This document shows, in pieces, positions 20,205-29,520 of a stretch of 64,000 nt of DNA (the first letter of the stretch is position 1; each line of letters starts with the position of its first letter). Source of the DNA: Gemmatimonadota bacterium (GTDB lineage: Bacteria > JBHIER01 > G020348925); assembly GCA_020348925.1 (NCBI GenBank), contig CP070758.1, positions 3,301,688 through 3,365,687 on the forward strand. Direction: 5' to 3'. The notes beneath the pieces were generated by a model. The model was not told the origin of the DNA. It saw only the letters and a list, made by a program, of their open reading frames with translations, and did no database searches. The translations under genes were made by a program, and so were the position numbers.

Positions 20205-20793
20205 TTGACTAACCTTTTTTTAGGTAGGACGTAGTTCTGTCAAACGTTCTACGCGAATTCGAACACTCGGTGAATTCCCGCTTCCTGAGCCCCGAGAGGC
20301 CCAGCTCGCCTCTTCTGGGGGTCTGGCTTGATTGATATACCACTCCTCCATGTTCAGAGCTCCCACAATGGCATCTAAGCGTCAATGTTCGGCCTCACCT
20401 CCTTTCCTTTGTCCGTTTTGTCCCTTAACGAGTTCCACACACTCTGTGCCGATGGTGCTTCCCTGGTCTCCAAGGTTCACCCCAGGTGAGTCCAGATTGG
20501 CCCAGTCTCGGATGGCAGGAACGAGTTGACAGGAATACCTTAAGCTAAGGTTTTACTGCGCCACTCCTTAGGTGATTTGGTAGGACAATAATATAATTAT
20601 ACGATTGACAGTAGTTGGACGCAAAATAGTTTTTTGGATTGAAGATGAATTTCATGAAACGTGACTGACAACAGACTCTGTCACCGTCCCCTCAAATAAG
20701 GATTTTAAAATAATATTATTAAGTAGTCTTGTCAATTATTTTTTGAATGGTACGAAATTTTCTCAGGATCGGTGTCTGGGGGATACATAATGT

Positions 20794-20826
20794 AGACTCC
20801 CAAAGTCTTAAAGACTTTTGGAGTCT
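20794..20826. repeat. REP-like palindrome copy 1
   Basis: AGACTCCCAAAGTCT-TAA-AGACTTTTGGAGTCT. Confidence 0.75.
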
Positions 20827-20996
20827 TGGTCGGTTTGATTGGTTAATCCTTCGTGTCATCACCCTTCGACTCCGCTCAGGGGGAAGGAATGATTTTACTG
20901 CTCAATAAAGGGATAGGCTATTTTTCGAGAACCAAATGAAACGATATTTTTTCTATACCTTTTCGAAGACTGAAGTCTGTACCACGGTAGGGCCTC

Positions 20997-21029
20997 AGAC
21001 TTCCGAAGTCTTAAAGACTTCGGAAGTCT
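20997..21029. repeat. REP-like palindrome copy 2
   Basis: Perfect AGACTTCCGAAGTCT-TAA-AGACTTCGGAAGTCT. Confidence 0.8.
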
Positions 21030-21042
21030 CGTACTTAGCATG

Positions 21043-21082
21043 AAAAAAACCGCCCTGAAACCACAATGTTCAGAGCGGTTTT
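21043..21082 (-). terminator. Probable intrinsic terminator of the large minus-strand gene
   Basis: A7 run then CCGCCCTGAA...TTCAGAGCGGTTTT stem; related stem at about 16890-16928 below the paralogous gene. Confidence 0.6.
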
Positions 21083-21198
21083 CGCACTTTAGATCCTTCG
21101 CTATAGTTTATTCCTTCACTTCGTTCAGGACAGGCTCTGAGCTAAGTCGAAGGGCTCAGGACATGCTTTTAGACTCTTCGACTTTTGACTCTTTAACT

Positions 21199-24100
21199 CT
21201 ATTTCATCAGCACCATCCGTCTCGTTGCCTTGAAGTCGTTCGCCCTGATCCGATAGAAGTAGATGCCACTGGCCATGTCGGACGCATCCCACATCACCTT
21301 GTGTAGCCGGGCCCCTGATCGCCGTCCACTAGGACATCAACCGCCTGACCCAAGAGGTTAAAGATCTCCACCTTCACGTTCGCCGCCTCAGGCAGCGCAT
21401 ACTCGATCTTCGTGATTGGATTGAAGGGATTGGGGTAGTTCTGGGCCAGGCTGTACTCGGTGGGCATGGGAACGACCTTGACCGTCGAGCTCATGAGCGT
21501 GCTCTCATCGATCCGGGCGGTTACATCGAGCTTGCCCGGCACCAATCTCTCGAAGGTGATGGTGATGACACCCAGCTCGCTTTCACTGGCAGCCGCCAGG
21601 CGCACACCCTTCTCATCCCCGGCCCACTCCGCCAGACCGTCAACCGTCACATCCGTGACCTTCATATCTGCACCGGAGATGACCAGGTCCACGGCACTGG
21701 CCGACCCCAGATCCACAGTCAGCGTGTTACCGGCGATCTCTGCCTCGAGCTCGCCCGACACCACCTTGGCCGGCGGACCGGGCCAGTTCTGGCTGACATC
21801 ACCGATAATGACGCCCTCCCAATTCTCATTGAGATAATCCTGATAGAAATTCCTGTAGCAGACCCACGGCCAGTACCGATACGCCGGTATCGCTCCGTCG
21901 TATTCGAAGACCCAGTCACCGATGTGATGCGACGGAATCAGGTCATTGCCCACGTAGCCGGTCACCACCCACTTGAGAATGACCGAGGCATCGAAGGCGG
22001 TGATGTCGTAACTGAAAGGCCCGCTGCCGCTGCCCGTCACATCGGCGGCGATGGAATCGTTGTGGCTCAGCGTCACGGCTCCACATATGGACCGCAGAAT
22101 GAACGTCGCATCGTAGGAGGTGACGATCTGATCCTGGACTGTCAGTGTGTTCTCCCTGTAAGGTGCAATGCAAAAGCTGTCGCATCCACTCGGCGGTGGC
22201 CAGTGACCCCAAGCAGCAAGAAGACCCTGAGTGGTATCAGAAGCCTCCCCGTCCTCGTTGCTGCAATTTACGAACGTCTCGTATGGACACCAATATATGA
22301 TCACATCCGGCACCGGTACGCCTGTATCGCTGTACCGCACTTCGCCCCCTACCACGAAATCCCGGACATGCAGCCACTGCCGCGGTACCCAGCAGGTCGT
22401 AGGAGAGCCCTCGTTTACTTTCAGATGGTCGACACTCAGCCCGTAGTAGGTGCAGCCCACAGCGTCATCCGGCACCTCGAAGCCGACGTAGAACATCTGG
22501 TACCAGTAGTTCCCGACGTTGGTCGGATGACCGACACCGTAGAAATTCGCGATGGCCGCCACGAGATCATCGTTTAAGGCCAGGGTGACATGAATCTTCC
22601 CGTTCTCCTCATCGAGATTGTAGGTCATCGTCCCCAGATCCTCAGTCACAAGCCCCTCGTTGCCCACCTCGAAGACGGTCAGGGTCGGATCGTAGTCCAC
22701 CTCAAAGGTGAGGGACCAGATGGGAACGGCGTACGACTCAGGATAGTCGAAGTGGATGTCCACCGGGATCTCGAACCGGCCGCAGGCCCACACGTCCTGT
22801 CCCGCCACGTTGTCCGTGCTGTCGTAAGGCACCAGCAGGGTTCCAGGAAGGAGACCGGGATAGGGGATGGTGCCGACATCAGGAACATTGGCCGGCTGAG
22901 GCGGCCAGTTGCCCCAAGCCGCGGCAATGCCGCAGTCCTGGACGATGAAATCGACCCGCAGGGTATCGTACAAGGGCTGCCCTGTCTCAAAGGTGGACAT
23001 GACGACGAAGTCCACGGTCACCGAGTCGCAGTCGTCCCCTTTGGTGGGATGCCACTGGAAATCCCATTCGCCGTCACTTAAGACAGCGTCGCTCCAGGCC
23101 ACCGGGCTCAGCCAGGCGGGTGGTTCCTGACAACCTCCAGGCACATAGACTTCCTCGACCCAGACGTGCATCGAATCGCCGTCCGGATCGTGAGCGTCCA
23201 GAGTGAAACTGTACGTGTGACTCTCACTCAGTTGCACCTTGATGGAATCGAAGGGCACGGCCACCGGTGCACCGTTCCAGGTGAGGTACGGCTGACGGTT
23301 GACACGAAAGAACCCGTTTGTCACTTTAATACAGGGCCATCCTTCATTGAACATCGCCCCACAGAATGTAATGGGCGAACTTTCCCCAGGAGAGGCATAT
23401 CCATTCACGTGAAATTGTAACGCGACCAGGCAACTATCACACTCTACTCCACTCGAGGCTTCACCACCGCCAGTCAACCTCACGTTGATGAGACTGCGGT
23501 CTCCATCAGGATGTTTCCACTTCAAATCCCAGCCTGAAGAATCGAGACACGTATTGTCAAACGTTATCGTGGAGTCAAAGAATATGACTGTCGTATCAAA
23601 CCGGAGGCAGAAATTAAAGGAATTAACGTACTCGTCAGCGAGATTGTGCGGACCTGTCCCTGTAGGACAAATGCAGACCTGAAAGAGTGAGTCCGGCTTG
23701 GCGATGACTCTTTCAGGGCAGATGCCCATTGAAATGACGGGACAGTTCAGCACAGTACCTGTCGGATCGTTACTTGGTATCGTGTCCGGATCATCAGTAT
23801 AGACATCTGGAACTTCGTTGCTTGTCACGACCCCCTGATTCCAAATCTGCGTGACGCCTGTAGGAAATGGATCGTTGATAGTAACCAAGAATGTGATCGT
23901 TACTGAGTTGCCGGGTAACATCGTACCGATGTTGACACCAACAGCCGTATCCCCGGGCCCGTTCCCCTGGGTGACGCTCCCCTGGGACGTCGCCACGCTG
24001 CCCACGATGAGAGGCGTATTCACATCCGGTGTATCGGCGAAGGCTATACCGGTAACCGCGTTCACTCCATTGTTCGTAATTGTCACGAGATAGAAAATAT

Positions 24101-25572
24101 CGTCTCCCGGGCTGAACTGGCCGTCACCGTCTCTGTCAGTAAAGAGCAGATCGGATTTCGTAGCCGACAGCACAACGGGAAACCCTGAAATCACAGTGGC
24201 GTCGTCCGCATCCGGCGGAACTGGATCACCGAACTCGTCAACAGCCTGATCGACGATAGCCCTGTTCGTGGCCGAGGCGCAAGCATGATCAGCGTGGAAA
24301 GTGACGTCAACGACCACACTGTCATTCGGAGCCAACGGTCCCAGGTTGTTCCAGGTAAGCACAGAACCATCGTCCCCATTCCACGGCACTGTCGCGCTCA
24401 CTGGCGATATACACATCTCAGGATAATTGTCAGTCAAAGGAAGGAGGGTGATAGTCGTTGTCCCCTCATTGCGGACAGTGATACGGAAGGTTAGATTGGT
24501 GGACACTTGTGCTATCCCACCTGGAGGATCAATGAGTACCTTTGTTACTTGAAGAAGCGTCTCCACAATGTCAACACTTGCCGTGTCGGAGTCGTCCGGT
24601 ACCGGAAAGCCATATTCATCTTTGGCTCCCTCCACACCCGCCGTATCAATCGTCGCACTGCAGACGCTTGTCGCAACGAAATTGACCGTTATCTCAAAGC
24701 ATGAAGTTGGACAGGGGCTCGGATCTAAGGGGCCAAGGTTGTCCCATGTGATGATTCCCGCTACGTGTGCGTCGGGAGGCGGCTCTGCAGAGATAAAAGA
24801 GAGACATCCCGGATCATATGTGTCCAGGAGAGGAAGGGTTGTAATGATCGACGTGCCTGTATTGACAACCGTAATACCGAAGCTGATTGTGTCACCGACT
24901 TGAGCAAAGCCGAGGGACGGATGAATGATATTTTTGTCAATCTGTATCTTTGTCTCCACGAGATTGACTTGGGTAATCCAGGAATCGTCAGGAACCGGTG
25001 TGCCCAACTCGGTTTCGGCTCCCTCAACAGAGACAGTATCCTCCGTGACACCGCACGCCGCAAGGGCCTGAAAGGTCACCTCCACGGTGTCGAACGCCCC
25101 CACTGCCAGGGGACCTCTATTGCTCCAGGTGATGTGACCGGGTACGGCCACATTCTCCGCCGGATCGGCTGAAACGAAACTGAGACAGGCCGGATCATAG
25201 TAATCGTGCACCGGCAGGAGCGTCACCACCGTCGCACCCGTGTTTTCAACCACGAGCCGGAAGATCACCGAATCGCCCACCAAAGCCACTCCGCCAGCAG
25301 GTATGATCAACTCCTTCAGCACATGTATCCCTGACGAATCAATATCAACGAAGGCTGTATCCTGAATGTCCGGAACCAAAAAACCATGCTCATCAATGGT
25401 ACCGCTGACTGTCGCCGTGTCAATGACCGACGGACATGCAGCAAGAGCGGTGAAATTGACCGTCACCGTCGTACTGTCACCCGCAGCCAAGGGGCCAAGA
25501 TTCGCCCAGTTTATGGTGCCGGCCACCACACCCGTCTGGACAGGACTGGCAGAAACAAACGCCAGGCAGACC
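21199..25572 (-). pseudogene. Large secreted protein (DUF11-like repeats, two cohesin-like domains, dockerin-like domain, T9SS-type-A/FlgD-like CTD); 5' end lost in gap; 1-bp frameshift in CTD
   Basis: Frame open up to the gap; repeats of FxIxVxNxG...LPLxDxYDPxCLSFxSA...WxNLGPL; cohesin-like [15 protein letters not shown] segments; dockerin-like YDATFIL...ADVTG...[10 protein letters not shown]; after GY the shifted frame continues [18 protein letters not shown]...MVLMK* (stop 21199-21201). Confidence 0.75.
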
Positions 25573-25672
25573 NNNNNNNNNNNNNNNNNNNNNNNNNNNN
25601 NNNNNNNNNNNNNNNNNNNNNNNNNNNNNNNNNNNNNNNNNNNNNNNNNNNNNNNNNNNNNNNNNNNNNNNN
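25573..25672. other. Assembly gap (100 N)
   Basis: Run of N. Confidence 1.
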
Positions 25673-25800
25673 ATATCTTCCATTCAGATCGAGGTGTTCA
25701 ATATGCCAGTGCCAAATTCAGAAAGCTTCTCACCGACCATCGGTTCACCCAAAGCATGTCTGGAAAAGGCAATTGCTATGACAATGCTATTATGGAGTCA
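25673..25800 (+). repeat. Exact duplicate of internal IS3 orfB segment 26731-26858
   Basis: 128 nt identical to 26731-26858, abutting the left IR of the intact element. Confidence 0.9.
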
Positions 25801-25869
25801 TGATCCTCCCCCGGTATTGTGGACACACCGAAAAGTTTCTATATTATCAAGAAACAATGGAGGTGTGTC

Positions 25870-26172
25870 ATGGCCCCATACAAGCCGCGACGGAGGTTTG
25901 AGCGGGAGTTCAAGCTTGAGGCCGTTCGACTGGTGAATCAGGATGGTCGAACCCTCAAATCGGTTGCAGAAGATCTCGGTCTTCATCCGAATGTACTGAG
26001 TCGCTGGAGGCGAGAGTTTCTCAGAGAGTCTGAGGATGCGTTTCCAGGAAAAGGTCATCTTACTCCTCAGGAGGAAGAGATTCGGCGTCTGAAGCGGAAG
26101 CTGGCAGACGCAGAGGAGGAGCGTGACATCTTAAAAAAAGCCGTGGCCTTCTTTGCCAAACGCTCCGAGTGA
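25870..26172 (+). CDS. IS3 transposase OrfA (HTH)
   Basis: RRFEREFKLEAV...VAEDLG..W...EERDILKKAVAFF; GGAGG upstream. Confidence 0.92.
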   Translation: MAPYKPRRRFEREFKLEAVRLVNQDGRTLKSVAEDLGLHPNVLSRWRREFLRESEDAFPGKGHLTPQEEEIRRLKRKLADAEEERDILKKAVAFFAKRSE

Positions 26173-27026
26173 AATTCGAGTTCATCGAGACTCACCGCTC
26201 CGCATTCAGAGTGACAAAGATGTGCCACGTGCTTGCTGTATCCCGGAGCGGGTATTACGCCTGGAGGAAGCGGCCCAAGAGCCATCGGGACAAGGAGAAT
26301 GATCAATTGGTGGACAGAATCAAAGAGATCCATAGATCCAGTCGAGGATTGTACGGGTGCCCCAGGGTGACTGCCGAGCTTCATGCTAAAGGCATTCAGT
26401 GCGGTCACAACAGAATTGCCCGTCTGATGCGTCTCAACGGCCTCAGATCGAAGATTCAGCGCAGGTTTAAGGTAACGACTCATTCCCGTCATCATTTGCC
26501 GATAGCTCCCAATATACTCGACAGAACGTTCACGACCGATTCTGCAAATCAGGTTTGGGTATCAGATATCACGTACATTCGAACTCAAGAGGGATGGCTT
26601 TATTTAGCCGCCATACTCGATGTCTATTCCCGACACATTGTTGGATGGTCTATGAGTCGATTCCTTGGCCAGGAGCTGGTCCTGGGTGCCCTGCAGCAAG
26701 CATTAGGAAGACGGAAGTTGACTGAAGGTCATATCTTCCATTCAGATCGAGGTGTTCAATATGCCAGTGCCAAATTCAGAAAGCTTCTCACCGACCATCG
26801 GTTCACCCAAAGCATGTCTGGAAAAGGCAATTGCTATGACAATGCTATTATGGAGTCATTCTTCCACACCTTGAATACAGAGTTGGTTCAATTTCATAGA
26901 TATCAGACAAGAGCCGAAGCCAGGGAGTCTGTCTTTGAATACATTGAAGTCTTCTACAATCGTATACGAAGGCATTCATCTCTCGACTATCGTTCTCCAT
27001 TTGAATTTGAAAGGATACAACAATAA
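26169..27026 (+). CDS. IS3 transposase OrfB (DDE integrase core), fused to OrfA by -1 frameshift
   Basis: [38 protein letters not shown]. Confidence 0.95.
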   Translation: MKFEFIETHRSAFRVTKMCHVLAVSRSGYYAWRKRPKSHRDKENDQLVDRIKEIHRSSRGLYGCPRVTAELHAKGIQCGHNRIARLMRLNGLRSKIQRRFKVTTHSRHHLPIAPNILDRTFTTDSANQVWVSDITYIRTQEGWLYLAAILDVYSRHIVGWSMSRFLGQELVLGALQQALGRRKLTEGHIFHSDRGVQYASAKFRKLLTDHRFTQSMSGKGNCYDNAIMESFFHTLNTELVQFHRYQTRAEARESVFEYIEVFYNRIRRHSSLDYRSPFEFERIQQ

Positions 27027-27469
27027 CCTAATTACGTGTCCACTTTTTCGGGGAAAGTTCAGGATATCTTCTAACAATTTGGCACAAGTTGTTAGTACTA
27101 TATACTCAACTAAGCTAATACAAAGAACAAATAGAAGATATACATGCTGCTATGTTGGTCTATCCATTTGCCTAATTATTTCAATGTTTGTGCAGACTTT
27201 CATTAACTAAATATATTTCTTTCCTGAGAGCTAATCCCTAATAAAAATAGGGACACATTCTATTTTTAAAATAGATAAAAAAGAAAATTGAAGATCTTGA
27301 AGGCAAGTAAGCTAAGGGACACCTTTTGTTGGTCTCTATTTCGCAAGGCATAGGAAGTTTATTTTGCTTTTAAACGGATACTATGTTCTCACAAAATTTT
27401 CATTGACTTTCCATAATAAAAGTATTACCTTTTTGTCAAATAGGTATTACAAACAAGGTTGATAAAAAA

Positions 27470-27706
27470 ATGAAGACAATCACTCTGAAACTTCCTGAAA
27501 TTCTTGAGGTGCGGTTGAATACCATTGCCCGCCAAAACGGAATGAGCAGGTCTGAAATTGTTCGTCGTGCGCTCACGGAATACTTATCGCACGATGGTAT
27601 CAAGCCGGGTTCCTTCCTGGATCTATCGAGAGATCTTGCAGGCAGTATTGAGGGTCCATCCGACCTATCAACAAACAAAGCACGCCTCAAAAGATACGGC
27701 GCATGA
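27470..27706 (+). CDS. CopG/RHH-family antitoxin
   Basis: MKTITLKLP...SRSEIVRRAL ribbon-helix-helix pattern; overlaps PIN gene; GTATTAC direct repeats (27422, 27444) in the promoter. Confidence 0.85.
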   Translation: MKTITLKLPEILEVRLNTIARQNGMSRSEIVRRALTEYLSHDGIKPGSFLDLSRDLAGSIEGPSDLSTNKARLKRYGA

Positions 27707-28128
27707 TGCCTCAAAAAGTATTACTGGATACCGGGCCGCTTGTCGCTTTCCTCAATAAAAAAGATCGATACCATAAGTGGGCCATCACACATTTTGGGGC
27801 AATGAGTCCACCCATTCTAACGTGTGAAGCAGTGGTATCCGAATCGTGTTTTTTATTGAGACAGTATGAAAATGGTGCTTCACATGTATTGAGTCTTCTC
27901 GAGCGAGAATTGCTCACCATCCCTTTTTGTCTGAAAGATGAATTGCGTGCCGTAAAAACATTGTTGAATAAGTATAAAGACATCCCAATGTCATTGGCCG
28001 ATGGCTGTCTCGTTCGAATGGCAGAGCAAATAACGGACAGTGTTATTTTCACATTGGACTGTGATTTTAAAGTGTATCGAAAGAGCAGGAGAAAGGTCAT
28101 TCCTCTCATTATACCTGATGACATATAG
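27703..28128 (+). CDS. PIN-domain (VapC-like) toxin
   Basis: LLDTGPL, VVSES, SLADGCL, FTLDCDF acidic PIN residues. Confidence 0.88.
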   Translation: MMPQKVLLDTGPLVAFLNKKDRYHKWAITHFGAMSPPILTCEAVVSESCFLLRQYENGASHVLSLLERELLTIPFCLKDELRAVKTLLNKYKDIPMSLADGCLVRMAEQITDSVIFTLDCDFKVYRKSRRKVIPLIIPDDI

Positions 28129-28387
28129 CTTATATCAAAGGGGTCAAGTCTCCGTTTGACTCTTTCTCTCGATGCGGGGGATAGATTTAAAAAATAGAAA
28201 TATTCATAGAAGGCATGAGAGGGCGTGACAAGGTATGAGAGGCTTGATAAGGCTTTGAGGGAAGATTTCAGTAGCATAATTGAGTCCAAATGTTGTTTCG
28301 TAGTATCACTGACATCTCAAAATCCAGCAATTCACTCCTTGAAATATTACTTGCATTTTTCACTCAAGCGGTTATATTATTACCAGC

Positions 28388-28654
28388 ATGAAATATAAGG
28401 TCAGAATTAAGAAGAGGGTTGCTGGTGGATTGGGAAAACTACCCAAAGATGTGCAGAAGCTTCTGTTTCTATTAATTACTGATCTTCAAGCAGACGGGCC
28501 AATCCAGAAGAGTTGGCAGAACTTCTCGCAACTTGGAAAGGATAGCTATCATTGCCACCTGACATACCACTACGTGGCCTGTTGGACGTGTCGAAAAGGA
28601 GAAATTGAAATCGAGGTATACTATGTTGGCTCTCGTGAAAAAGCCCCATATTGA
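28388..28654 (+). CDS. RelE/ParE-superfamily toxin-like protein
   Basis: 88 aa, basic; MKYKVRIKK...LGKLP...IEVYYVGSRE; precedes HTH gene; TTGCAT/TATATT promoter directly upstream with no SD (likely leaderless). Confidence 0.7.
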   Translation: MKYKVRIKKRVAGGLGKLPKDVQKLLFLLITDLQADGPIQKSWQNFSQLGKDSYHCHLTYHYVACWTCRKGEIEIEVYYVGSREKAPY

Positions 28655-28994
28655 GCTATCGATCCACGGCGAACATGTAGACGAATTCCTCGCTTGGATC
28701 AAGAAAAAGTATGATGTCGCCGTGTTGTCTCTTGACGAGGCGGAAGAATCTGTGCCTGTCGAGGAGATCGATTTCTGGAAAGAGATGGAGAAAAACCGGA
28801 TTGGAAATCTCCTCGCCGGTGCCCGGCTCAAAGCCGGCCTCAAGCAGGCAGATGTGGCCAGGAAACTCGGGATCCGGCAGAATATGGTCAGCGACTACGA
28901 GCGCGGGAAACGCCCACTTTCGCCTACCATGGCCAAGCGGTTCAGCAGGGTTCTGAAGGTCAAGGAGGAGCGCTTGCTCTTCGGGGGTAAGTAG
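28623..28994 (+). CDS. XRE-family HTH antitoxin (HigA-like)
   Basis: LAGARLKAGLKQADVARKLGIRQNMVSDYERGKR. Confidence 0.85.
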   Translation: MLALVKKPHIELSIHGEHVDEFLAWIKKKYDVAVLSLDEAEESVPVEEIDFWKEMEKNRIGNLLAGARLKAGLKQADVARKLGIRQNMVSDYERGKRPLSPTMAKRFSRVLKVKEERLLFGGK

Positions 28995-29520
28995 TCCTGT
29001 GATCTTAGCGCCTGTCATTTAGAATCAGGCATGAGAAATTGAGAATTCGCTTTGAAATCCGGTTCGGCACAGAATGTGTGAGATCATTTGTTAGCTTTCA
29101 TCTTGGGGATTCAGCGGATTCACGAATAGAATGTATGACGTGAATGTTAAAGAGAGAAGTAATCGACCCTGAAATATCTTTTATATCGACCCCAAAAAGT
29201 TATGATTTTTTCTTCTTCTTAGCTGGCCAAAGAAAATAGAGACAAAACGAAAGGCCAGCCAAAAGCCTTCGCCGAGACTGTCAACAGCTCACTGCGCTGG
29301 TTTTTTCCAAATTCATCACGCTGTACAGGATTCAGACACGGAAAAAGCGTTGCTCTGTTCGCCTGTCGGTCTTGGGGAGAAGGCTTCAGGGTATTCCTGA
29401 GCTAAAACAATTTTTAAAACTGGAATAAGAGTGCCAGGAACCTTTCATACCCGGAATCTACTTTGAGCAAGCAATGGATTCCCACAGAAAGCATGCGGAC
29501 ATGATACAATCGGAAAGATG

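Larger units (their letters stand above)
25801..27061 (+). mobile_element. IS3-family insertion sequence
   Basis: TG...CA ends; IRL TGATCCTCCCCCGGTATTGTGGACAC versus reverse-complemented IRR TGAACTTTCCCCGAAAAAGTGGACAC; orfA/orfB; A7G slippery site at 26133-26140. Confidence 0.95.

Noticed and set aside
20520..20590. c-di-GMP-I riboswitch-like words on the minus strand upstream of the secreted protein
   Set aside because: No GNRA tetraloop/receptor or convincing P2 stem.
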